This document shows positions 9,340 to 20,957 of a stretch of 64,000 nucleotides of DNA, one piece after another; within the stretch, counting starts at the first letter, position 1, and the number at the start of each line of letters is the position of its first letter. This DNA comes from Eledone cirrhosa (Eukaryota), in assembly GCA_964016885.1 (NCBI GenBank), contig OZ024741.1, positions 282,968,001 through 283,032,000 on the forward strand, read 5' to 3'. A program made the position numbers and the translations under genes. Under the pieces are notes generated by a model. The model saw only the letters and a program-made list of their open reading frames with translations, had not been told where the DNA came from and did not search any database.

Positions 9340-12240
9340 ATCTCTTTAACATTATGCTGAACAGCCATGAAACCGCGAATGACTCTACAAACCTACCTTG
9401 CTCCTGCACACCATTTTACAAATGTGACACACATGAGGCTCCTGGATAGTCTAAATAAATCTGCTCTAGCAGACATACAAGCTTTGTTGCAAAACTGACA
9501 CAAATACTTTGAAAGCCTTTCAGGGAAGATACTAACATAATTGGCCTCAGACTGCTGATTGCCGTGAGCTCTTAAATGACTAGCAAGCTCAACTCGAGAA
9601 AGAACAACCTTTCCGCAGATCTTACAGACATGCTCCGACTGGGTATCCTCTGGGATTGTATTTACATCACCTTTTCTGAGTGCTCTTTTAAACACTGAAT
9701 ATTCAATCGTTTGATCTCAAAGCAATCACAGCTATCATAAACCAGACTTTTCCAACCAGATCTATTCTCTGCCACATCTTCCCAATCCTCAACACTAATA
9801 CCAAGAGTCTTCAGGTTGACTTTGACAACATCCCTGAAACATTTCTCAGGTTTGTGTCTGGGGCATTTACCAAGAGTTAACTCTATACCAAATTCATTTA
9901 GGCAATCTCGCATCTTAAATGCCCTGCCCATCACAGTTGGTTTCGAATGAGTAGTTTTTCTATGCTGGATTTATTGGGCCACTGCAGAACAACAGTGTCA
10001 GGTGTAAATGACTGCCACTTAATGTTCAAAATATGTCGTAGGTATTTTTGGTGAAATCTTTCCAATGTCTTGTTTTAATGCCAGTATGTGGTCTAAGTCT
10101 AAGAAGAGTACGCCTCTGTCTGACGAGACTTGTCCCTCCAACCTACTGAATGCTTTGCTGGCTTTTTTGATCCTTAGTTTGATTTCAGAGTCCAATGAAT
10201 CATCTCTGGAGAGAGCACTATCAAGGTAGACAAATATATCAACAACCTTCAACCTCTGACCCTGAACAAAAATGTTGGGCTCGGCATGTTGCTCAGGAGG
10301 TGGTGTATACATGACCTTGGTCCTTTCTGTGTTGATTGTAAGCCTGAAAGCAGTGCATGTCCCATAAAACAGGTCTATGACTGCCTGCATGTCCTCTTTG
10401 GTATGAGCAACATGGTCAGCATCATCAGCATAGAGCAACTCTCTGATGACAGATTGGAAAGTCTTTAATTTGGCCCTAAAGCGTTTCAAGTTAAAAATCT
10501 TACCTGTGCTCCTGAAAGGCAACATTGCAATTCTGAAAAGCATATGTGAGTGTCATGGCAAAGTATATAGAGAACAGAGTTGGTGCTGGGATGTCCCACT
10601 TGCTTAACTCCATTGTTGATGGCAATGGGTTCAGACAGAGAACCATTGAAATTAAACTTCCCTTTCATACCTCGATGTAGCTGTTTGAACAATCACACAA
10701 AACCCAGAGGACATCCAACCTTACCAAGAATGGTCCACAGGGCATCCCTATTCATGGAATCAAAAGCTTTGGTAAGATCAACAAAAATCTGGTACAAAGC
10801 CATGCAATATTCTAAACATTTCTTCAGCAACTGGCGAGCCGAGATCATGTCCATTAACCTAAAGCAACATTGTCTCCGGAATTACTCGAGGGCAAATCAA
10901 GCTTAATAAGAAGTTTTTCAAAAACTTTACCCACTGCTTCATATTCACCAATAGTTGCCGCACACTAATTTTGACACCTTTCCCTTGAACAAGGAAACAA
11001 GGATCACATCAATCCAGTCTTTGGGAACAGGAATACCCCACCAAATATCTGATATCAAATGGTAAATCTCCACAGCACTTTTGTTACCTCCATCAATCAA
11101 GACCTCAATAGAAATACCATCAAGATTCAGTGCCTTTCCAGTATTAATCTCCCCCGTAGTCTGTTGGACCTCTGTCAGAGTAGGATGATCTGACATCGCA
11201 TGAATTATATCTAATTGAGGCAAGTTATTGATATCTGCTTTAAACTTTGAGAGATTCTAAAAAAGATCAATAAAATGCTTGCTCCAGCGTTCCATTATAC
11301 TGTCAGTCATTGAAAAGGACAGATCCATCCTTGGACTTGAGTGGTACCACAGACATGGATTGAAGGCCAGAGGCCAGATTGAATAGGTGGTACAATGCCA
11401 TGGAGTCCTTTTGTTTATAGGCACTCTGAATCTGCATTCAAAATATCTGATCACCATTTATTTTTCCTCCGACTGGAGCAAAGATTTTGCATCCTTGAAG
11501 GACTGAAGCAAAGTAGAAGTCTTTATCTGAAGCACTCAAAAACTTGATGAGCATCATTTTTTGCCTTCGATAGCTGGTTAATCTGAGAATCATTTTCATC
11601 AAACCAGTCCCGGTGTTTATTTTCCTGAGGCCTAGGACTTCAACACTAGTGCTGTAGACTGTGGTCATAAACCGATCCCAGGAAGCCTTGTCCCATTAGA
11701 TCTTATTTTATGTTTGATGTGAAATTTCATTTTGCCACTTACTAGAGCATGGTCTGTCTCACACCCAGCAGCACACATGCCCTGGACAGTGCCGACATCC
11801 TGAAGATCTCATTTACGACAGATGACATAATCAAGAATATGCCCATGTTTGGATCTTGGGTGAATCAAAGTAACCTTATGAGCGTTGTTCTGGTGGAAAA
11901 AGGAGTTGCAAATGGCCAGTTCAAATTCAGTGCAGAGCTGAAAAAGGTGTAGTACATTGTCATTCATGCTTCTAAGACCGTCCTTTCTTAATGCTTATCA
12001 AGTCTCGTGATCCCTACCAACCCTGGCATTAAAATCACGAAGGAGAAAATTCTCGTCTGATTTTGGAACTTTATGGCAGATCGAAGATCTTGATAGAATG
12101 TCATTATGGATTCTTTGTGACTGGAGAGAGTCAGAGCATAAACGCAAAATATAGTCAAAGAATGGCTGTGCGGTAAGGTAACTCTAAGGATCTTGATTCT
12201 GTCACCAGAGAGAAAGTGAAGTAGAAGGCATACAAAGAAA
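9340..12240 (-). mobile_element. Decayed RTE-BovB-like LINE with C-terminal C2H2 zinc fingers
   Basis: Frameshifted fragments: endonuclease remnant (TIFCVYA), FVDLTKAFDS, ELLYADD, FVYLDS, CKICGK...LASHLRAH. Confidence 0.88.
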
Positions 12241-12249
12241 CACAAGTAT

Positions 12250-12680
12250 ATGAGGTGTATCAATAAAGAAAGACGACTGAGGTCGCAAAAAAATATTTCA
12301 AATCCAAATTACAAACTACAAGTTTTCCTCTTCGAAATAATCCTGCTCAAGTCGAAAGTACTTTCCTGTCCTTCTTCGCAGCTCCATCGTGACGACCCTT
12401 TTTGATGGCTTCCACATCCGGCAAATGGGTCATACTCAAAGATCCATGACTTATCACCTTGATGACTTGTCATCTACCTTTTGTGCCACTCGAAAACCCA
12501 TGAGCGTGATATCGTCTCATCTCTGTACACTTGCTGCAGTATTCCGAGTGCTTCTGATGGAGATGTCCCCGGCTGGACAAGAAATTTCAGGTTGATTTGT
12601 TGCTCTGTGCCCATTGCTTGACGGCCTAAAATTAAGGAGCTGTTAAAAAAAGCACTTGAAAAAACATACAATGACTGCAA
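12250..12680 (-). mobile_element. Internally deleted mariner transposon remnant
   Basis: EQQINLKFLVQPGTSPSEALGILQQVYRDETISRSWVFEWHKR resembles the Mos1-type N-terminal HTH; DYFEEE-like transposase C-terminus near 12320-12350. Confidence 0.75.
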
Positions 12681-14011
12681 AGTATATAATTTTACATTGC
12701 ATGATATATTTTAAAACTGAAATCTAAGACAAACCTAAAGAAAATGAATGAAGGTCTTTAATCAGTTTCATCATCATTCTCATCATTTAACTTTCATATT
12801 TCCACGCTTGCATGAGTTAGATGGCTTGTCACACTATGATACAATTCAGGTCTGGAGGCCATGTCTTGCTCATATAGATCTGCATTTTGGCTTGGTTTCT
12901 ATGGCTGGATGCCCTTCCTAACACCAACCATGTTACTGTGTGGACTGGGTGCTTTTTATTGTAGCATCAAAACAACTAACAGGGTGGACTGGAAGCTTTT
13001 TTTTTTATATTTATCTAATTATTTCTCCAATAACATTTTAGAGAGAAAGAAAAAATGTGGAGTTTAAAATAAGTTGTAACTTTATTATAAGGAGTAACTG
13101 CATATTATGAGAGAGCACACAAAAATCTGACATATCTATAAGGCTCCATATTCATGAGAAAACAAATAGTCATAGTGATGTTCATGCCTTTCCTAAAAAC
13201 AAAAGTGTGCAATAAGTATATAGAAATCAGGTCTCACTGGTCATTTATTCTACAGTACATAATCCTAGCATTAACTCTGCATAATCCCCCAACCAATTAA
13301 AGTTGTAACATTAGTACATTGTATACTATATAGGCATACCAAGTTAAAAATGTCCTGTTGTCATTTAAAAAAGGCTGAATAACATTTGAGTGGTAGCTGC
13401 ACCATCTAGTGACAGGGATATTCACTATGATACCAACAACCATGTCAATTTGGTATCACGCACCACAAGTTCTTTCAATCTTTTCTCATCAATTGCAGTA
13501 ACTAACTTTTTGTGAAGAAAAGGTTATGTCAACCTACACAAAGGGAGTTATACAACTGTTAGATTTAAAATCAAATCACACCCAGTACACTCTGTAAAGT
13601 GGTTGGTGATAGAAAGGAAATCCAGTCATAGAAAACCTGCAAAACAAAGAGCCAGGAGGACTCTTCAGCTGTGTCAAGGACATAGTTTTTCTAGAGTTGG
13701 TGCACTTGGTTGAATGTGGGAATGAATGTTGGGCCACTGGCCCACCTGGAAGTCAGAGATCCTGCTTGAATACTGATCTGTGAAAACATGTCCAACCTTT
13801 GCTAGCAGGGAAAATGGATGCTAAACAATAATGATATAAAAACAAACAAACAAATAATGAAATATTTCAATTATAATTACAGAATCAAGAATTAAGCAGT
13901 TGATTAAGCAAGAAGGGAATCAGGATGAGTTTAAAATAATGTATTTACATCTTTCTTTTTTGGAGAAGTCTTGTATATATGATGCAAAATATTCAAGGTA
14001 CGCTTTGATAA

Positions 14012-14198
14012 TAATTGTTTCTACTTTTGGCACAAGGCCAGAATTATCCATGTATTACTGGTACTTTATTTTATCGACCCTGTAAGGATGAAAGGCAAAG
14101 TTAACCTTGGCGGGATTTGAACTCAGAGCATAAAGGGCCGTAACTCTTTGCTACAAAGCATGGCATGCGACCCGCTACCGATACTGCCAATTCACTAC
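14012..14198 (-). mobile_element. tRNA-derived SINE in the PBDC1 3' UTR, sense orientation
   Basis: Box B GAGTTCAAATCCC, Nin-type core, flanked by near-identical CTTTGATA(A)TAATAA; starts about 30 nt after the stop codon. Confidence 0.85.
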
Positions 14199-14229
14199 CT
14201 TTGATAATAATAAATGCTGAATTACAATG

Positions 14230-14336
14230 CTATGATTGCTTAGTTTCAGTCAGTCTTATTCGTCTTGCACGGTGTCCATCATTATATCCTTCTCGGTTGC
14301 GAGCAATTTCTATGGCAAGAAACTGAATCCTTGGCA
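14230..14336 (-). CDS. PBDC1: PBDC1 last coding exon
   Basis: tttctcttcag acceptor, phase 1; (V)PRIQFLAIEIARNREGYNDGHRARRIRLTETKQS*; matches the recalled human PBDC1 segment PRIQFFAIEIARNREGYN. Confidence 0.95.
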
Positions 14337-16015
14337 CTGAAGAGAAATGAAATAAACATGTCACCAAGTCGGAAAAGAGGAGAAAAGAAGGTTGTAGACT
14401 TTGAAATAGTTAACCCTTTCATTACCATTTTTCTGATGAAAGATACTGCTTAGGATTTTCAAATCATTTAAAAAAAATAATCAAGATTTTGGAATAGTAA
14501 CTAACTTTCTCATTCTTAAAAAATGTTTGAAACAATTTAGCAAAGTTTTTTTTAATATAAAATTAGGATGGAAAGTTTTTAGATTAGTATAAAAATAAAT
14601 ATAAAGTAGAAGGAGACCAAGGAAGATGTGGGTAGAGGTTGTCAGAGCTGATCTCAAATCACTGAATCTCACAGAAGAGATGACGAAGGAACGAGATGAA
14701 CAGAGAGCTGCTGTGCTAGAAAGTGAACATAAAACGGTGACGAAGATGATGATGATAAACACTTTAAAACAAAGTTTTGTATTGTAGAACGAGGAGAGAG
14801 GGAGTCCATGTGGTTTGGTAAGGAAAGGATTAAGGCAATATTAGTGCTGAGAGTTACACAGCAAATTATCAGCCACTTCACTTACAAGAAAAGCATGAAC
14901 ATCACAAAACCCCACTGAAATATAAATCTTAGGATCTAGTTGAAGGAAACCAATATTATTTATCTAGTAATGGGAAGTTGGCAGAAGCAGTAGAGCACTG
15001 CACTATTATTTGTTCTTTATACTGTGTTCAAATACTTCCAGGGGCAACAGTAGATAGAGTCATTAGAGCCAAGAGAGAGGCATGAACATTAAGGGAAGTG
15101 AGTGGCATCTGGCAGTAGTGTGGGGTGAGCCCAGCTTTATATAGTATAGCTGTTACCAACTCGAGTCAACTACGATCTAATGTATGGGTTAATGCTTGAG
15201 AAATATAAGTCAAGTGAGGTGTCACAACAAAAAGCACCCAGTCCACACTGTAGACATGGTTGGCATTAGGAAGGGTATCCATCCATAGAAACCAAGCCAG
15301 AAACAGTTCTGTATGAGCAAGACATGGTCATCTGATCTGACTTGTCTCACAATGGGACAATTCATCTAACCCATGCTAGCATGGAAAAATGGATGTTAAA
15401 CAGTGATGATAATGATAATGAGGTTTTAATTCTTGGCAGAGCGAGACATGTTTAAGTGTATAGTGTCCAGAATGGCCAGACAACCAATTTCAGAAGATTT
15501 CATTTAGGACAAAGTTGTCAATGATAACCAATAACCAGTGAGATTCAACCAAAGACAAATCATTTCAATTACTCTCTTGAGGTTGAATTTCAATAAGAGT
15601 TGCGGCTGGTAGAGTTCAGCAGATTACCCAAAGATTACTATATATACCATTAGTTTAACCTCTTAACTACCAATCATAAGATATCTCATGATAAACAACT
15701 ATCATTAGGTCCTGATAAGATATCTCATGATAACTATCGTTAGGTCCCAACAATAAGATTACTCATCATTTTTACATTGACTTTTCCATGCAGGCATGGG
15801 TTGGACAGGACTTTTTGAGGCAATGTTTTACAGTCAGATGCCCTTCATGACACCACCCTTTTAGTCACTTCTTATGACATGCAGGGATACAGTGTACTTA
15901 TTCTAAGCCGGAAACACATGGCCTCATGCAAGAAAAATACTTGCTGACAGGCAATTATGAAATATTATTTCATTGAATCCTTACAAAACTTTATATTATA
16001 TATAGTTGCCAGTAA

Positions 16016-16350
16016 AGGTGCATGGCTTAGTGGTTAAAACATTGGGCTTGCAATCATGAGCTTGTGGGCTTGATTCTTGGACCGGGTGATGCATTGTGTC
16101 CCTGAGCAAGACACTTTATTTCACGTTACTCCAGTTTACTTAGCTGTAGAAATAAGTTGCGATGTCACTGGTGCCAAGCTGTATTGGCCATTGCCTTTCT
16201 CTTGAACAACATCAGTGGTGTGGAAAGAGGAGACTGGTATGCATGAGTGACTGCTGGTCTTCCACAAAACAACCTTGCCCAGACTTGTAACTCGGAGAGG
16301 AACTTTCTAGATACAAATCCTATGATCATTCGTAACTGAAGGTTTTTTTT
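16016..16350 (+). mobile_element. tRNA-derived CORE-type SINE (relatives near 30514-30820, 43460-43595, 45250-45465)
   Basis: Box A TGGCTTAGTGG, degenerate box B, CORE-like TGTGTCCCTGAGCAAGACACTT. Confidence 0.75.
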
Positions 16351-16429
16351 ACCTTATATATAGTTGCCATGGAAACATCTTATATCAACTAATCAAAAAG
16401 CATTTTACAGCTGTAATTAATGTTTGGTG

Positions 16430-17750
16430 AAAAAAATTATACAATGGAGTAGGTGGTGTAGGCATTCTAATTGCTGAGAAACAAATAAGGGAATAGAGGT
16501 AGTTACAATAGCTGTAGGATATAGAATGGTGTCAATTACATTTACCTATGCACAACAGGCACGACTGAGTAAAGAACAAAAGGACAGGTTCTATGAGGAA
16601 CTTTTACTGACAACCTCAGCTATTGATGAAAGAGACTTCATCTTGGCAGGCAATTTCAATGGACTCAAGAGACTTCAAGAGGTTCCAGGAATTCTGAGAT
16701 GCAAATGAACTAACCGTTTACAAAACAAATTTCAGGAAACCGGCTAGCTATCTGGCATACACAAGCCAGATTGATTTCTTACTTGTAAGACAATGAGATA
16801 AACAGATTGTAATACATACTAAGGCCTTCCCTGGGGAAGAATGTGCTACCCCAACACATTAGTTGGTTATTAGTGACATTGGACTAAATACAAGACAGAA
16901 TAAGATATACAGGAAAACATGGAGATGGAGGGTTTGGAAGCTAAAGAACCTTTCGCTTAAATATAGGTTTAGAAAGACCCTACAGTATGCATTTGATGAG
17001 AGGAGTGATGAGCTAGATACATGAATGTAGAGGACAACTGGAAATTATTGCGTGAAAACCTTTTGTGAACTACTGAGGAGACGTGTGGCTGGAGCAAAGC
17101 ATTGGCTAGACTGAGGGTGACCTGGTGGTGCAACAGCACAGTGGATAGAGCCATTAAAGCCAACAGACAGGCATGAAAAAACTGGAAAAATGGCAATAGC
17201 AGAAACCGTACCTGGTAGCTAAGAGAGAAGCTAGACGATAGGTATACGCAGCTTGGTGAGAGGCTGAAAAATGTAAGTTTGCTAATGTCTTGTGACATGA
17301 GGATCAGAAACGTAAAGTGTTCTGCATCACAAGGCAGTGTGTCAGTGAAAATTGTGATGTTGTTAGGGAAAAGTTTGTTAGAAATGACACTGATGCACTT
17401 AGCACCACTGATGCTCAAAAGAAAGAGGGTTTGAAATGTTACTATGAGAGACTGATGAATGCAGAGAATGAATAGGAGGAAAGACTACCCACAACTTACC
17501 CAACAGAAGGTCCAGCTATTGAAGTTGACCGTTATAGAGTAAAAAAGCAATTGAAAGTGATGGAAAGAGTTATAGCACAGCTAATTAGAGAAAGAGTCAA
17601 ATTAGACGAGATGCAGTTTGGTTTCATGCCTGGGAAAAGTACTACAGGCACCTATTTCTTGAGATGATGAAGGAACACGGCTGTGCTGAAAAGGACTCGC
17701 CCAACCCATGCAAGCGTGGAAAAATGGGTGTAAAAACGATGATGATGGTG
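16430..17750 (+). mobile_element. Heavily decayed RTE LINE in the last PBDC1 intron
   Basis: Endonuclease remnants (GVGGVGIL, YAQQ, AGNFNG, SQIDFLL), QFGFMPGKST, RTE 3' end with (GAT)n. Confidence 0.8.
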
Positions 17751-18338
17751 ATTCCCAGTTCACACCTATGCAGGTTTAGCCTGCCTTCTATGAGGCTGTT
17801 TCTCATAGGATGTTTCTTGGGTATTTAATGATAGGGGCCCCAATCCTACCATGAAAAGCCATGTGAATTAAAGTGTTTTGTTAAAGAACACAATGTGATG
17901 CCGGGTCTAGAAATTGAACCCATGACTTATTAGGAGTCCTATAATCTAACCACTAGCCTAGTGGCTAAGGTGTGGGACTTTTGGTAATTTAAGTAGCTAA
18001 TTTTTCTCTCTTAAAAATGAGGCACACTACATGAATGATAAGAACTAAATCCAAAGACAAATTCAAAGAGCTTTTTTCTCTCTCAGAATATTGAAAGTAT
18101 TTAAAGAAAATGTTTAAATTTAATATAGATGACACTACTAGTAGTGAAAATGACATTAAAGACACAAAAATGTGTGTAAAGAAATAATTTTAAAGACACC
18201 TACATTAATACATTGCTTATGTTACAATATTAGTCATTTGACCAATTAGCACAAGTTGTAATGTTGAAATTGTTTGTAATAGATTCGGTCTGAAAAGACA
18301 AAGTTAGTTTCATATGGAAGGTTATATTAATGACTCAC

Positions 18339-18450
18339 CAATTGTTGTGTTGTTTGGGTTATATTCTTTGGAAGAATCTAAGCGAAGGAGTGTGCCGAAA
18401 TTATACTCCTCTAGGCTCAATTTATATTCTTCACAAAATTCTCGCCATTT
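18339..18450 (-). CDS. PBDC1: PBDC1 coding exon
   Basis: ttttgcag / gtgagt; 112 nt; KWREFCEEYKLSLEEYNFGTLLRLDSSKEYNPNNTTI matches human KWRPFC...NYGTLLRLD...Y; phases 0 and 1 fit the neighbouring exons. Confidence 0.95.
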
Positions 18451-19294
18451 CTGCAAAAGTTCATAATTTTATTTTGGTATAATTCACAGAAAAGCATTTA
18501 AAAAATATAATTTCAAGCAATAAAAATGAATTTGTAAGTTCCATATAGGTGCCAAAATATTAATGCTTGGTACTAGACTTAAAAATAAAAAAAGTGGGGG
18601 CTAAGAGTTCAAATCTTATCACATACTTCATATGCTTATATGGAAATAAATAATAATCCTCATGGATAAAGCGACTAGCATTAGGGAATAACTTTTAACT
18701 CCTAACATTCTCTACCATATGAAGCTGCATTAACAAAACATTCTTGAAAAGTATATGAGACTGCATCACATTAAAAATTAAAGTCTTAACTCTAATACTG
18801 CAAATTTTCTTAATATAATATGCAAAGTGTGTTTGTATATTTATATATATATGTCTTATCTTTTTAAATTTTATTCAACATACACACAATGTATTTCCTA
18901 TCTCAGTCATGTTGCTACAATAAGAAGTTCACTCTCCAATCACAAGGTCCTGGGTTCTAATCCTACATTTGTCCCTGTAAATAGTTATTTCTCCAAAGTT
19001 ACTCATATATTTAATCCTATATGTAATTACTTTGCTTGGGGAACAGTTAAGAGAAGACTGTAGTAAGACGCCTCACGCTCCTTGATAGAACAACGCCGGT
19101 TGAGAACGCCAGAAAGAAAAGACAGACAGCCACTGGAAAGCCGACTGAACACACGCCAGAAACCAGCCTCTGTACAACACCATTGTTTGTGCTACATCAA
19201 AAAATAAACGTATATTTCATCTCTAATTTCTGCTGTTGAAATAATTATTATGTCACTCGTATCTCGATAACCTCTACAACTAATACTGCTAAAG

Positions 19295-19307
19295 TGGTGA
19301 CCGACGT
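19295..19307 (+). promoter_or_regulatory. Primer binding site, tRNA-Trp type with 2-nt deletion
   Basis: TGGTGACCGACGT versus expected TGGTGACCCCGACGT, 1 nt after the 5' LTR. Confidence 0.7.
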
Positions 19308-20180
19308 AAGAATTTAACGCAGCCCTTCTTTTTCATTCAATTGAACTTTTATTGCCACATTGTCGGCCTTTTCTTCGCAACTTGTGAAAATAAAAAATAT
19401 TCCTTTTAAAATTATCGAAAAATTAGTAGTATTTCAAAAAACTTTTTGCTACACTCGACAACAACAATGACAGCAGCAGCAGTTACAACATTGTTTAACC
19501 ACTGACCAAAACAGGGAATAGTGAGTGGCAGCTTTATAGCCTTACCGACGCAAACCACCACACATCGGAAATATCAAAACGATTCATTCGTGTCGATAAT
19601 TTAGAGCAACTTTTTTTTATTCACTTGAATATTTCATTTCCGTTGCCAACTTTTTCGCAACTTACAGAAGAAAAAAGAAAAAAGTGTATTTTTCCAAGGT
19701 GGCGTTGCGTTCCTTCCCAGTTTTGTAACGGACACATTTTTTGAATTGCGTGTGTGTTCCATGACTGATCAAGAGAGAAGAGACTAAACTTTTTTTTGTG
19801 AACATAACTGCCCCGCATGGGGATATACATGCCTTACCTTTTTCTAAGGGATTTTTAGCCACTGGCTACCTTTGTTGATATCCAACGCGGATATATTTTT
19901 TAAAAAAAAACATTTTTTTCCTCCTCTTTTTTACCTTATTTGATTTGGCTGGTTCGTTGAGGCAACGCGAGGGGACAGACGTTGAAGGAAAATTTTTTTT
20001 TAAAAGATATATATCTGTATCTTATGTATTTTTCATATTTCCTTATGTTTTGAATGTCTGTTTCTTTTTGCCCTTTAACTTTTTCTCAATATTGGCTGCT
20101 CTCTTTTTACTGTACAAGGGTACATTAATTGCTCTTTAGATATATATGTATATATATTTGTTTTAATTTTAAAAGTTGAC

Positions 20181-20957
20181 ATGAATGTACCACATTTGCC
20201 CGCCTTTACTGGAAAACCTAAGATGTGGTTTGCCCAGTTACAGGCGTATTTTACGGTCTGTAAGACCGAATCTGACCAGCGCCTCGCTGTACTGATTAGC
20301 GGCCTCCCCCCTAATCTAGCAGATGCGGTCCAAGACCTAATTACAGACCCCCCCTCTGACTTGACGTATGAGTTTTTGAAGGGCGAGATTTTGAGGAGGA
20401 ATTGTAAGTCGGTAGAGAGTCGTTTTCGGTCACTGATCGAGGACGAACGATTAGGTGACAGGACCCCTACCGCTTTTCTCCGGCATTTGCGGGATTTGAG
20501 CGATTCCCAAGATCAGGATAGCCCTTTCCTGAAGCAATTGTTCTTCTCTCGCCTACCTCAAGAGGTACAGGCGATCCTAGCCCATATGCTAGAGGTGAAT
20601 ACCCTGGATCACATTGCTGTCTCTGCTGACAAAATTGTAGAGGTGACGAAGAGAGACACTTCGAAGCCAAAGTACGTTGCTTCCTCTTCTCTTCCTCAAT
20701 CACGCTCATCAGCGTCTGATGGCAATTTAATCACCACTATGGAAGCCATGACTCGTCAAATGGCGGAGTTGTGCACGGAATTCAGGTCCTTTGGACGGCA
20801 GAGGAGCCGCTCACGACGTTATTCAACTTCTCGCCACCGTAGCCCTTCCAACACACCAGGAACACCATATTGTTATTACCATGAAAGATATGGTAAAAAA
20901 GCCACCCGTTGTAGGCCTCCTTGTGCTTACGAGGGAAAAGACGACCAGAGTCACTAA
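20181..20957 (+). CDS. Gypsy Gag
   Basis: Intact 258-aa ORF; LPAF...[16 protein letters not shown]-terminal [18 protein letters not shown] knuckle. Confidence 0.9.
   Translation: MNVPHLPAFTGKPKMWFAQLQAYFTVCKTESDQRLAVLISGLPPNLADAVQDLITDPPSDLTYEFLKGEILRRNCKSVESRFRSLIEDERLGDRTPTAFLRHLRDLSDSQDQDSPFLKQLFFSRLPQEVQAILAHMLEVNTLDHIAVSADKIVEVTKRDTSKPKYVASSSLPQSRSSASDGNLITTMEAMTRQMAELCTEFRSFGRQRSRSRRYSTSRHRSPSNTPGTPYCYYHERYGKKATRCRPPCAYEGKDDQSH

Noticed and set aside
16016-16090. tRNA gene
   Set aside because: Box A and B lead straight into SINE core sequence and no cloverleaf forms; it is a SINE head.
18204-18289. Cryptic stop-containing exon of PBDC1 (ttttcag ... gtaggt)
   Set aside because: Would need a 49-nt upstream intron and has no homology support.
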